A stretch of DNA of 56,549 nt from the NCBI GenBank assembly GCA_963733195.1, contig CAVTCR010000004.1:1-56549 (forward strand), written 5' to 3'. The notes beneath the pieces were generated by a model. It had not been told where the DNA came from, made no database searches, and worked only from the letters and a program-made list of their open reading frames with translations. Position numbers and translations under genes: made by a program. Source of the DNA: an uncultured delta proteobacterium. Its GTDB lineage: Bacteria; Desulfobacterota; Binatia; Bin18. Below, in pieces: positions 1 through 10,296 of this stretch (position 1 is the first letter of the stretch; each line of letters begins with the position of its first letter).

Positions 1-1
1 T

Positions 2-550
2 CCTGAGACGTGGGCAGCAATTTACAACAAGCTCGTCAGAGAGCCAGAGGGTAAGCCAGACACAGATCCGACAAAGTTACTGAGCCACAAAGTCGATGAA
101 CGCAGCGAGAGGACTATCGTTTCACTGCTTCCTGAGGTCCATCCCTACGCGCGAGCGTTAGTCAATCGCGCAGCGGCGATCGGTATTCAGATCAAGATCA
201 TCAGCGGTACCCGCACCTATGCAGAGCAAGACGCTCTTTATGCGCAAGGGCGCACGAAGCCAGGCAGAAAAGTAACCAACGCGCGGGGCGGTTACTCGAA
301 TCATAACTTTGGCATCGCTTTCGATGTCGGGGTTTTTGAAAGCATGAAGTATCTTGGTGAATCTCCAAAGTATAAAGCAGTTGGCGCGATTGGCCGTGCG
401 CTTGGGCTCGATTGGGGCGGAAATTGGACCTCAATCAAAGACGAACCCCACTTTCAATTCCGCCCGCGATGGGCAACGGACTTGCCTGAACGTGAGATGC
501 TCGCACAGTTACGAATACGCAAAGTGGAAGGCTCGTCAGTCTTCGTCTAG
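2..550 (+). CDS. M15-family L-Ala-D-Glu peptidoglycan endopeptidase (CwlK-like), 5' end outside the window
   Basis: Frame open from base 2 into track ORF 344..550: ISGTRTYAEQDALYAQGRTKPG...SNHNFGIAFDV...WGGNW...DEPHFQ, the typical M15C Zn motifs. Confidence 0.9.
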   Translation, partial: PETWAAIYNKLVREPEGKPDTDPTKLLSHKVDERSERTIVSLLPEVHPYARALVNRAAAIGIQIKIISGTRTYAEQDALYAQGRTKPGRKVTNARGGYSNHNFGIAFDVGVFESMKYLGESPKYKAVGAIGRALGLDWGGNWTSIKDEPHFQFRPRWATDLPEREMLAQLRIRKVEGSSVFV

Positions 551-607
551 TTGATACCTCTACGTAATCCATTGCATTAGTGGTTGTCTTAAAAGTGGGA
601 GATCTCT

Positions 608-784
608 GTCATTGCGAGTTATCCATAGTGCGGGCGCTAAGCGTGGAGGGAGAGCTTGATGCTCCTGGATTCCGGGTCGCGGCCTGCGGCCTTGCTCGGA
701 ATGACGGGCTAGTTGTTTTCGTCATTCCAGCGAAAGCTGGAATCCAGGAGAGGTAGTGGGCGGAGCATTTTGTTTCTGAGCAGC
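608..784. repeat. Composite palindromic element, copy 1 (GTCATTCC/GGAATGAC hairpins)
   Basis: Same block order as 35077..35245: gtcatKgcgag, gggcgctMagcgtggagg, ctggattccgggtc...cggaatgac, gtcattccagcgaRagctggaatcc, attttgtttctgagcagc. Confidence 0.8.
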
Positions 785-815
785 AGAACAAAGCAATGAC
801 AGGGAACCTATAACC

Positions 816-998
816 GACCTGAGTTCGGGATAACTCCCCAATAAAATCAAAGCGAGAGGAAAGTAGAGGTTGGGAATTGTTCAGTGTTTGTGGCGCTCTC
901 GTGAGTTGTCATACGTCCCTAATCCGAAAGCCGGAGGCGGAGTTTCCAGTTGTTTTTCATTGCAAATACTTACAGGCGCCTTAACCCGAACTCAGGTC
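816..998. mobile_element. MITE-like element of 183 bp with terminal inverted repeats
   Basis: gacctgagttcgggataa (816-833) vs ttaacccgaactcaggtc (981-998): outer 14 bp perfect, 17/18 overall; no transposase inside; no clear target-site duplication. Confidence 0.7.
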
Positions 999-1091
999 TA
1001 TGGCTTGTTGCACTAGTTCTTCGGGCGAACTATCTCCATAATTTTTCCGTCTATCCATAGTCGTTCTCCTTCTTTGCTTTTGTGTTTTGCG

Positions 1092-2384
1092 CTAAGGCGC
1101 TACTTCTTTTGCGACCACGCTGGCAGGGACGAGTGTGTCCACCCGAATCGGCCGAATTGGCACGACAAATAAGATCAACGCGCACACCGTACCGACCGCC
1201 GCTGCCGCGAGAAAGGGCAAGGTCCAGTCGCCGCCACTCTGGTTAAGCATGAACCCTGCTGTCATCGGGCCGAGGATCCCAGCAAAGCTACCCAGAGTGT
1301 TGATCAGACCGAAGATCGATCCCGCCATATGCGGATTAAACTCCAACGCCACTGTCGTATAGCCAGCGATCGCACTGGCAAACAGCAAGTAGAACAGGAC
1401 CAACAACACCACACACAAGGTGGGAGAAGACACGAGGGTTGCGCTCACGAGGAATGGTAACGACAAAGCCACTCCGATCCCGGGAAAGCGCACGCGGGCA
1501 AACTGCGAGCTCCACCCCGTGCGCAGAAGCCGGTCCGAGATCGCCCCACCACTAAGGAGGCCGATAAACCCAGCTCCGTGCACGGCGACCCCCAACATCC
1601 CCATCACCCCCAGAGAAAAGCCGCGTCCTTCCACCATATAGTCTGGAAACCAGAACAGGAACATCCACCCCATATAAGCGAAGCACATGTAGCTGAGAGA
1701 GAGAACGAGCAGAGACGAATTGGTGAACACCGCGCGCAAAGGCAGGGGTATCGCGGGCTTGGGAGGGAGGTGGGCGGCAATATAGTCACGCTCGGTTTGC
1801 CCGATACGGGGATGGGTGCTTGGGGTGTCAGTTGCGTACCATAACCAAGCCCCCGCCCAGACGACGCCCAGCACCGCGTTGAGGTAGAAGACCATCTGCC
1901 AGGAAAAGTGCAGAATGATCCACGTGGTCAAGGGATACGCGACCATCTGCCCCACGGTGATCCCTGAGAGACTCAAAGTCTGCGCCCGGCCAAACTCGGA
2001 ACGCGGAATCCAGCGGGAATTGAGCGAGGTCAACGCAGGAATCGTGACCGACTCAAACGCGCCTACCAGAAACCGCATTAAGAGCAGGAGCACAAACGTG
2101 GACTGCCCGAACGGAGTGAGTGCCGTAAAGAGGGAGAAGCCGCAGAATGCGAGCGCCAAGACTTTCCGTCCGCCCCAGCGGTCCGCGATGACCCCGCCGG
2201 GAATTTGCAAGAGCGCGTAGCCAATCAGAAAGGCAGAAAAGACCAGCCCAAACTGGCCCTTATCCCAACCGGTCTCCTTCATAATGACCGGTGCCGCCAC
2301 CGAAATGTTCACGCGATCGATATAGTTGACCACGGTGCTGAGGAACAGCAACCCGATCATGTTGTAGCGGACCGGCCATGCCAT
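1092..2384 (-). CDS. MFS transporter (anion:cation symporter-like)
   Basis: NYIDRVNISVA, GGVIADRWGGRK motif A, about 12 hydrophobic segments. Confidence 0.92.
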   Translation of the reverse strand: MAWPVRYNMIGLLFLSTVVNYIDRVNISVAAPVIMKETGWDKGQFGLVFSAFLIGYALLQIPGGVIADRWGGRKVLALAFCGFSLFTALTPFGQSTFVLLLLMRFLVGAFESVTIPALTSLNSRWIPRSEFGRAQTLSLSGITVGQMVAYPLTTWIILHFSWQMVFYLNAVLGVVWAGAWLWYATDTPSTHPRIGQTERDYIAAHLPPKPAIPLPLRAVFTNSSLLVLSLSYMCFAYMGWMFLFWFPDYMVEGRGFSLGVMGMLGVAVHGAGFIGLLSGGAISDRLLRTGWSSQFARVRFPGIGVALSLPFLVSATLVSSPTLCVVLLVLFYLLFASAIAGYTTVALEFNPHMAGSIFGLINTLGSFAGILGPMTAGFMLNQSGGDWTLPFLAAAAVGTVCALILFVVPIRPIRVDTLVPASVVAKEVAP

Positions 2385-2835
2385 ATTCCCCCCTTTTATG
2401 GACCAGCTCGGACTCTGTTTTGTATGCGGCTTCGAACGGCAGTGGTACCCTTTCCCTGTTTCTTATCTGTCCAGAGGAGCGCTTGTGTGCTCTTTATGCT
2501 TCCCATGTTCAATCGAAGATGTCAAAGATCTCAGTCCAGCGTTTCTTGCGATACCGCCCCTCGCCCCCATAGCGGCGTTTGTAAAGGGAAGTGTTTGCCT
2601 TTTTGAAATGCGCCTTTGGGGTCGTGCGTACGAGCCATCGCGCCGCGCATGCCTTACCGATTCACCTCTGGTGTTGTTTCCTGGCCTATTCCCTCTCTAA
2701 GTCCTTGATCGCCTAACGCATTTCTCTGGGAATCGCGTTGGTAACGTGAGCCCGACGCTTGAACGTCGGGTTGAAATAGAGAACAGAGAGCAACAAAGTA
2801 CATGAACTCATGTGCTTGACTGAGCTTACTCTTGA

Positions 2836-4168
2836 TTATGGCAACCCATAGAGTTTAGCCGCAGTGTCGTGCAGTATGAGTCGCGCCAAGCGCAGCGCTT
2901 CCAGCTTCATCGCAGCGTTTTTCCTCTACCATTTCAGTGAGGGCAAGTGCCAACCCCTGACGACCGCTCTCAGTTGCTAACCAGTACGCTTCTTCCACAT
3001 CGATTATATCACTGACAATCGTAGCATCCGTTCCAAACAAGATTTTCTCTGGATAGAAGGAAAGCCATTCCTTCACAATCCGTGCGAATTCTTCGGGATA
3101 GAGCCGTAATGACAACCCCGATGTGTCGAGGAAGACGTTCGGCTTTCCAGCGAGGAGTCTTGCTTCTTGCGTGAACGGATATCCACCATGCAGTAAAACA
3201 AACTTAGTGTTCCGGTACTGTGGGTCAGTTACGAGATTTTCCAGCAACAAGGGGTTGGCATTACTCAGACGAAATACATCACGCGTCCCAATTCCCGTGT
3301 GGATCAGCACGGGTAATCCGACAGCGGTCACCTCTCGGAGCAGAAAACGAAAGAGGTAATCCTGCAACTTCCGATACTCTTCCTCAGGCACGTCAGTGGT
3401 ACTGCGATAGCGTTCATAGATACGCCGTACCTGACGTTGAGCAGGATCATCAACAGACAGCGAGCGCAGATATGCGAGCTCAAACTTGACGGCAATCGCG
3501 CCATCGGCCTTCAAACGGCTCACACTTTCACGAACGAACCGTAAGTACGCATCAAATCGTCTTGGTCTCGCGGTTTCGACCAACGCGAAATATCGGTCTA
3601 ATACTTTCTCTTCAGAGGAGAAAAACCCCTGAAAAGCGGGATGCTGCTTTTTGTACACACTATTGTTCAATGGAAAAAGGTACGCATCGATAGACGGCAC
3701 CCATTTGAAGCGCTGTCGATCGAGAGAGATATTCGCCATCCCGACACGATTCGCAAGAGAGATACTGATCCCAGCTTTGTCGAGTACGGTGTTGAAGTAT
3801 GAAGCATCTGCGGAGACTCGCTTGTTCTTCTTGAGCGCGGCCAGCTCACGTAAGTGTTCCAACGACAGATCCGTATGCGGATACCCGTAGAGAGCATGGA
3901 ATGCGGGAATAAGTTCGAGATTGTTGGGGCGTAAGCGTAAAGGCAACAGTATTTCCTGAGAGGTAGTACCACCCAGGTGAAAGCTCAACGCTTCCCTATC
4001 CACATCCCCAGGAAGTCCTGGGTGTGCATGGTTATCGATAATTTGAATTTGCCGGATGGTGGCGAGCAGTCGAGTAAACAGTGCGTCGTCAGGCACAGGA
4101 AGGGAAGTCTGCGCAAGAGCCTCGCGACCTCCGCACATCACCAGGAGCAGTGCCCACAAGAGTAACAC
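2836..4168 (-). CDS. Amidohydrolase family protein with signal-peptide-like N-terminus (frameshift near 2905)
   Basis: IDNHAH, IHTG, LLHGGYP, ILFGTD metal motifs; the shifted frame gives the expected end EALRLARLILHDTAAKLYGLP* at 2836. Confidence 0.85.
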
Positions 4169-4338
4169 AGCCCAGACATAACATGCTGTTGGATTGAGAG
4201 TCTAGGGTAGACTATCGAAGAATGCTTCGATTTGCTGGACAATCGTCATGAACTTGCCGTTATCAGTACTGTGTGGTAGGCAGCGAACTTAACACTAATC
4301 TTGTAGGCTAGGGCCTTCTAGCCATTGAGGAGTAGTCA

Positions 4339-5784
4339 ATGATTTCGCTAAGCGAGTACACCTCTCACGATGGGCTCGGGCTTGCAGACCTGGTCGCACG
4401 CAAGCAAGTAAAACCAGAGGAGTTGGTTGCTGCGGCCTTGCAAGCAGTTGAAAAAGTCAATCCAAAACTCAATGCCGTTTTGCAAACGCTGCCAACTCAG
4501 TCAGCCGAAAATATCCGCAGTGGCCTGCCGCAGGGACCGTTCACAGGTGTACCGTTCTTGATCAAAGAACTCGTGCTGCATGCGAAAAACGTTCGCTGTG
4601 ATATGGGCTCGAAATTCGCTCAAGGGTTTATCCCGCAAGAAGACACCGAATTGATGGCTCGCTTCCGCCGTGCCGGGCTCGTGCTTGTAGGGACAACGCA
4701 AACACCAGAACTAGGCTACAATCCAACGACAGAAACTGTTCTTTTCGGCCCGGTTCACAACCCCTGGGATCTCACACGCAGTGCGGGAGGATCAAGCGGT
4801 GGTTCAGGCGCAGCCGTCGCAGCTGGCATCGTACCGCTTGCCCATGCCAATGATGGAGGGGGCTCAATCCGTATTCCAGCTTCGTGTAATGGCCTTGTCG
4901 GACTCAAGCCGTCACGCGACCGCATTCCCACCGGCCCTGACTATGGAGACCCGCTGTGTGGACTTGCCTGCGAGTTTATCGTCTCCCATAGTGTCCGCGA
5001 CTCGGCAGCGCTACTTGATATGGTCTCTGGGGCTGATGTTGGGGCACCGGGACAACTTGCTTCCCCTGCCCGTCCCTATCGTGAACTCATCACAACTCCC
5101 CCAGGAAAACTGCGCATTGCGTGGACGACTACTCCAGCATCTGGAGCCAAAGTCGCCCCCGAGTGCGAGAAAGCTGTGCACGAGACAGTACGCTTGCTGG
5201 AAGGTCTCGGACATACGGTTGTCGAAGATCGCCCACGCTATGATTGGGAGGATTTCTTAAAGAACGTCCATGTTATTTGGACGGCGTTCACGACCACGAT
5301 GGTGGATGGTGCTGGCGCCGCACTTGGCCGCAAGCCAGGGCCTGACAACCTGGAAGCCGTTACCCTCGCGTGTTACGAGGATGGGAAACGCTATTCAGCA
5401 GCGGATCTCGTCAACGCCATGACGTACGGTAACGTGCTCTCTCGCCAAATTGGCACATTCTTCCAGAGTTGCGATGTGTTCATCACCCCCACGATTGCCC
5501 AACTCCCTGCCCCGCTGGGCGAACTGAATCAGAACCGCAAAGGCATGACCGCAATGGAGTGGACGCAGCAGGTCTTCACTTATTGTCCGTTTACGCCGGC
5601 GTTTAATTCGACCGGTCAGCCAGCGGTTTCACTGCCGTTGCACTGGAGTGCCACTGGGCTTCCGGTCGGAGTACAATTTGTCGGCCATTTTGGTGATGAA
5701 GCAACGCTACTTCGCCTGGCTGCACAACTTGAGCAAGCTCGCCCATGGGCCGGAAAGCGGCCACCGGTGCATGCAGCGAACTAG
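4339..5784 (+). CDS. Amidase (amidase-signature family)
   Basis: [30 protein letters not shown]; SD GAGGAG. Confidence 0.95.
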   Translation: MISLSEYTSHDGLGLADLVARKQVKPEELVAAALQAVEKVNPKLNAVLQTLPTQSAENIRSGLPQGPFTGVPFLIKELVLHAKNVRCDMGSKFAQGFIPQEDTELMARFRRAGLVLVGTTQTPELGYNPTTETVLFGPVHNPWDLTRSAGGSSGGSGAAVAAGIVPLAHANDGGGSIRIPASCNGLVGLKPSRDRIPTGPDYGDPLCGLACEFIVSHSVRDSAALLDMVSGADVGAPGQLASPARPYRELITTPPGKLRIAWTTTPASGAKVAPECEKAVHETVRLLEGLGHTVVEDRPRYDWEDFLKNVHVIWTAFTTTMVDGAGAALGRKPGPDNLEAVTLACYEDGKRYSAADLVNAMTYGNVLSRQIGTFFQSCDVFITPTIAQLPAPLGELNQNRKGMTAMEWTQQVFTYCPFTPAFNSTGQPAVSLPLHWSATGLPVGVQFVGHFGDEATLLRLAAQLEQARPWAGKRPPVHAAN

Positions 5785-5942
5785 AACGACTCCCAGGTTT
5801 GTTGTGGAGCTCCCTCTACTCCCTTGGGGACGGAACCGAGGGTGATGAACCTGAGCTCCCGCTACACTACGCTCGGCGACGAGCGGAGACGAGAGGCTCA
5901 AACGTCGGCGATATTGAATCCGAAGGTCAACAGGGAAACACC

Positions 5943-7320
5943 ATGAGCTGACACGAAGTTTATTCTTGAAGAACAACGCATGCCCAAGTTTTGGTACAAC
6001 CTCAACGCAGACATGCCGGTGCCAATGTCGCCCGTCCTCCATCCACAGACCAAGGAGCCAGTCACTCCAGAATTTCTCAGCGTCATTCAGCCGATGAGCC
6101 TGATCAAACAGGATGTTAGTACCGAGCGCTATATCGAAATTCCCGAGCCAGTACGGGAACTCTATAAGCAGTGGCGCCCCTCCCCATTGCACCGTGCTCA
6201 TCGATTAGAAAAAATGCTCGATACCCCAGCGCATATTTATTACAAGAATGAAGGAGTAAGTCCGGTCGGCTCACACAAGCCCAACACTGCAGTGGCACAA
6301 GTCTTCTTTGCTAAGCAGGATGGCGTCACCGCCCTCACTACAGAAACTGGCGCTGGGCAATGGGGTTCGTCACTGGCAATGGCATGTAATTTTTTCGGTC
6401 TGCAGCTCGAAGTGTATATGGTACGTATCTCGTACCAACAGAAACCCTATCGCCGCAATCTGATGGAAACTTATGGTGCGCAGGTGTTTGCCAGCCCGTC
6501 CGATCGCACGGACTGTGGTCGCAAGCTACTCGCACACGATCCCAATCATCCTGGTTCTCTTGGCACTGCGATCTCTGAAGGCATTGAAGCTGCAGTCATG
6601 TCCGGTGGAACTAAGAAATACAGTCTAGGCTCATGTCTTCCGCACGTCTTGTTACACCAAACAATCATCGGCGAGGAAGTACTGTTACAGATGGAGATGG
6701 CTGGGGAGTACCCGGACATCGTCATCGGTTGCGCTGGTGGCGGCTCTAATTTTGCGGGTATTGCATTCCCCTTCGTGCGTGAGAATCTGCGGAACGGTAG
6801 GAAAACCCGGATCGTCGCGGTAGAGCCGACCGCATGCCCTACGTTAACACGCGGCGCGTTTACGTATGATTACGCGGATGCGGTGGGGATGGCTCCAATC
6901 ATCAAAATGTACACGCTCGGACATTCGTTCGTTCCCTCGCGCATTCATGCTGGCGGACTGCGCTATCATGGCATGGCTCCGCAAGTAAGTGCTCTTCTGC
7001 ACGCTGGATATATTGAAGCGACAGCACTTGACCAGTTGGACACGTTTGAAGGTGGCGTTATGTTCGCTCGTGCGGAGGGCATTATTCCAGCGCCCGAGTC
7101 AAATCATGCTGTGCGGGCAGCTATCAACGAGGCGGTACGCTGCAAAACCACCGGTGAGAAGAAAGTGATTGTGTTCAACCTCAGTGGCCACGGTCACTTT
7201 GATATGTCCGCCTATGATGCGTATTTCAGCGGAAAACTCGAGCGTCAGGAATATTCACAAAAGGAACTACAAGTAGCGCTACAAGCATTGCCGGAGGTGC
7301 CGGGAGCTACGCGTTTGTAG
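5943..7320 (+). CDS. trpB2: Tryptophan synthase beta chain type 2 (TrpB2), extra base after the start codon
   Basis: GSHKPN PLP lysine, [27 protein letters not shown]; ATG at 5943 plus a one-base shift gives the typical M[18 protein letters not shown] start. Confidence 0.92.
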
Positions 7321-7345
7321 AGACGCCCCAGCAGGGTATCTCTAC
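7317..7345. repeat. GTAG-type REP palindrome overlapping the trpB2 stop codon
   Basis: gtagagacgccccagcagggtatctctac. Confidence 0.7.
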
Positions 7346-7373
7346 GCAGCCGCACATGAGATCTGTCTTTCTC

Positions 7374-8174
7374 CTAGAACGGTACAGAGACACCTTCTCC
7401 TTCGTCGTTCTCTTTATCAACGACCGTGGTACGAGCGGAAGTGTAGTTGCCATTGGGATAGAACAAATAGCCAGTCACAGTTTGTCCTGGAGCAATCGTC
7501 ACCTCTCCTTGCAACGCTTTTCCTTGACCGGCAGCAGGAGGCGCAGACGGAGCCACACGTCCGCCACTCGCTGACATAACGAATACTTGGTTGGCATCGA
7601 ATCCGTACGGCCGCGGGCTGTTGTTGGCAATCACCACTTTTACTGGTAGCACCCCACTCGCCGGGAGGTCAGCTCCAAGCTCGATTCGGGATTCTACGCT
7701 ATTGAGCTTAGTCATCTTCACGATCAACCCTTTTTCAGAAACTTGCTTTGTGCGCGCCTCGTTTTCGCGGATGAGAATAAAACTGTGGCGGAAACTATTG
7801 TAGAATTTATGGGGATTCTCACCGCCAACAAACGACGGAACGGGAAGACCACCCTCCTGTCCTTCAACCGAGGCTCCTCCTCCACTATGGCACATGATGA
7901 TCACCCGCCCGCCTCGAGTGCCTTCTTTTTCAGCGACGATCACACCAGATTGACCTGGTGTAGCCACCGTAACCGAGGTCGCGGTGTAACCCATTACGTT
8001 CACTGTCTTGTAGGCTACGCTATTGGCTTCCTCACAAGACATAGACGGATCATCAATCTTTGTTGGCGCTGGAGGCGGTTTGGCAATCGTGCGGTGATGC
8101 GGTTCTGTCCCAGTAGCACAGCTTGCCAGAATCGCACCGCAACTGAGGATCACAATAGACAACTTTCTACTCAT
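7374..8174 (-). CDS. Hypothetical lipoprotein (paralogue of 17871..18905)
   Basis: SD GAAGGAG before ATG 8174; MSRKLSIVILSCGAILASC lipobox; C-terminal IAPGQTVTGYLFYP beta-rich domain. Confidence 0.8.
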   Translation of the reverse strand: MSRKLSIVILSCGAILASCATGTEPHHRTIAKPPPAPTKIDDPSMSCEEANSVAYKTVNVMGYTATSVTVATPGQSGVIVAEKEGTRGGRVIIMCHSGGGASVEGQEGGLPVPSFVGGENPHKFYNSFRHSFILIRENEARTKQVSEKGLIVKMTKLNSVESRIELGADLPASGVLPVKVVIANNSPRPYGFDANQVFVMSASGGRVAPSAPPAAGQGKALQGEVTIAPGQTVTGYLFYPNGNYTSARTTVVDKENDEGEGVSVPF

Positions 8175-8299
8175 CACTATGGCTCCTTCACACCCCACAG
8201 GATTATTTCTGTTATACCAATTTCCGGCACATTCGGCACCGTTGTTCCCCACCTTTTTCGCTGCAGGCGAAAAGGATAAACTCGCGCAGCGGGGAAAGG

Positions 8300-8401
8300 A
8301 GTGATGAGTTAAGAGTGATGAGTTAAGAGTAATAAATGAAGACTCTCAGAATCTTTATTCTTTTCTATCAATTCTTCACTCTTAACTCTTCATTCTTCAC
8401 T
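8300..8401. repeat. Inverted 7-bp tandem arrays (AGTGATG/AGTTAAG vs ACTCTTA/ATTCTTC)
   Basis: agtgatg agttaag agtgatg agttaag ... attcttc actctta actcttc attcttc; lies between divergent genes. Confidence 0.8.
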
Positions 8402-8420
8402 AGTCTAAGGAGGCTCAACC

Positions 8421-9209
8421 GTGGAATTCAAAGAAGTGGTCGGCCGTAGACGCTCAATTCGCTACTTTCTTCCCTGGAAACCAGTCCCGCGAGAAAAGAC
8501 GCAAATCGTTCTCGAAGCCGCCCGCTTAGCCAGTCGCGCAGGCAATGCGGATTTTGCCAGGGCTATCGTTGTCGAGCGAGACAAACTCTCCAAGGCGGAT
8601 CTGCAAGCACTCACACTTCCTGTGAATGCAGGCATGATCGAGATGGCTCCTGTGCATATTTATTGGTGGGGCGATCTGCAAGCATTTACCCGCGATATGC
8701 CTTCACGTGCAACAGAACAAGTGAATATGGGCGTGCTCAATATCAGCCACGGCTGGACCCATAAGTTCGTCAATGAAGTAGCTTATCCGCAAGTCGTCCA
8801 GGTATTCAGTTCAGACCCTGTATTGAACGCAAAAGTGACAGGATGTGAAGCGGGATTAGCAATATCCCAAGCCTTGCTTGCGGCAGTTGATGAAGGACTC
8901 GGCACGATGTTGTGTACCTATCCTGAAGGTCCAGCTCGCAAAGTGTTCGGTGTCCCGGATCATTGGACCGCACTCTGGGTGCAGTTTATCGGCTATCCAG
9001 CGGAAGGCTGGGAAGCGGGCGGACAGCGACCACGTCCGCCATTGGGATCACTCTTTCATGAAGGGCGTTACGGCACGCCGTTCCGTGGAACAGAAGAAGT
9101 CGTGGCCCAACTACAAGCGCAAAAGATGTTGCAAGACCCGGCTCCGCTACCGTGGCGTAAAGAAGAAGTACGAGCAGTGAGCCGGATGTTGGGATTGCCT
9201 GAGGAATAA
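8421..9209 (+). CDS. Nitroreductase-family flavoprotein, atypical subgroup
   Basis: RRRSIRYF, ALLAAVDEGLGT, IGYPAE; SD AAGGAGG; long C-terminal extension. Confidence 0.85.
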   Translation: MEFKEVVGRRRSIRYFLPWKPVPREKTQIVLEAARLASRAGNADFARAIVVERDKLSKADLQALTLPVNAGMIEMAPVHIYWWGDLQAFTRDMPSRATEQVNMGVLNISHGWTHKFVNEVAYPQVVQVFSSDPVLNAKVTGCEAGLAISQALLAAVDEGLGTMLCTYPEGPARKVFGVPDHWTALWVQFIGYPAEGWEAGGQRPRPPLGSLFHEGRYGTPFRGTEEVVAQLQAQKMLQDPAPLPWRKEEVRAVSRMLGLPEE

Positions 9210-9277
9210 AACGTAAGGAAGGTAACGCAGCCTCACCTTCTGCCCTATCACGTTTTGCGATTTACGTTTTACGCCTC
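9207..9277. repeat. Inverted 7-bp arrays (AAAACGT/ACGTTTT type)
   Basis: taaaacgtaag ... tcacgttttgcgatttacgttttacgcctca; starts at the stop codon. Confidence 0.65.
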
Positions 9278-9315
9278 AATTTCCAGTAGCAAGACAAACG
9301 AAGGAAAGAGTAAGC

Positions 9316-9663
9316 ATGAGCACGCAGTTCACTGACTGTCAAACTGTCCAAACCTGGCTGCAAGGAGTGCACGAGCAGTCCGGAGTGTCTCCCGAAGCCG
9401 ATATCAAACGCGTCCAGGTTCTCATCGAATTCTGTGCACGGGTGGAAAAACAGCCGGATGAGATTATCGACGATTGCCTGCGTGACGTAGACGGTGGCGG
9501 GAAGAAAATTCGTGCCAAAGGCCGACGCTTCTATGCCGACAAGATTAACGAGTTTGAGCAGCAGTCAGACGGCACGACCGGAGAGAAACGACAGAAAGCA
9601 AACTACATCCGTAGCTTTCTGATTCACAATGGTGTGCTTATTCAGACGAGTCCACTTTTCTGA
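9316..9663 (+). CDS. Hypothetical helical protein, 115 aa
   Basis: Clean ORF with SD, co-oriented behind the nitroreductase; LIEFCARVEKQPDEII...IRSFLIHNG. Confidence 0.75.
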   Translation: MSTQFTDCQTVQTWLQGVHEQSGVSPEADIKRVQVLIEFCARVEKQPDEIIDDCLRDVDGGGKKIRAKGRRFYADKINEFEQQSDGTTGEKRQKANYIRSFLIHNGVLIQTSPLF

Positions 9664-9717
9664 GTAACGAGGGCTGAGGGTTAAGGGCCGAGTAGAGGAT
9701 AAGACAGTCACATACAA

Positions 9718-10275
9718 TCAGCTCTCGTTAGTCTTCACTACCTGTAGATGCTTCTTCAGGTCACGCATCGCGGAGGTAATCTGGTCGAGTGAATAATTGG
9801 CATTACGTGGACTGGTTGAAGGAATAACGAAGACAGATGCTCCACCAAAGTGTCCGGGCTGTGCTCCGAGGCGGCGTTTTTCTCCGCAACAAATCTGATA
9901 TCCCGTAAGCCCCACAAAGCACACCACATGAGGTTGGTAGCGAATAAGCTTCGCTTGGAGAATTTTCGCGCCGTGAACAAATTCTCGACGTGCAAGTTCA
10001 TGGATTCCACTGGTTGGCCTTTTCACGATATCAGTGAGCCCAATTCCCCAATCGAGAAGCCGTACATCGTCTTCTGGTCCAACCGGTTCAGGAACTAACC
10101 CAGAGGCAGACAGAGCCGACCAAAAACGATTAGGTTTGAAAGCAAAGTAGTGACCGACTTGCGCGGAGTAGAGCCCAGGATTGAGCCCAACAAAGACGAG
10201 GTCGAGTCCCACACGCAAATAGTCAGGCAAGGTCTCCCCTTGCCACTCTTCATTTTTCTTCTTGCGCTTGGGCAT
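9718..10275 (-). CDS. mug: G/U mismatch-specific DNA glycosylase
   Basis: LPDYL...VFVGLNPG, NRFW, GIGLTDIVKRPT, PSTSPRN. Confidence 0.92.
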   Translation of the reverse strand: MPKRKKKNEEWQGETLPDYLRVGLDLVFVGLNPGLYSAQVGHYFAFKPNRFWSALSASGLVPEPVGPEDDVRLLDWGIGLTDIVKRPTSGIHELARREFVHGAKILQAKLIRYQPHVVCFVGLTGYQICCGEKRRLGAQPGHFGGASVFVIPSTSPRNANYSLDQITSAMRDLKKHLQVVKTNES

Positions 10276-10296
10276 TCTCTACCTACCATGCACTAA

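Noticed and set aside
2-550. Prophage endolysin marking a prophage edge
   Set aside because: M15 peptidases are also chromosomal and no other phage gene is visible; the upstream context is outside the window.
609-791. Short ORFs over palindromic elements (also 35001-35278 and 21503-21736)
   Set aside because: They are translations of the repeat (WIPAFAGMT, WIPGLALLARND) with no independent coding evidence.
5785-5942. Trp attenuator, T-box or riboswitch upstream of trpB2
   Set aside because: No Trp-rich leader peptide or recognisable consensus; it looks like a decayed palindromic repeat. An Infernal/Rfam scan would settle it.
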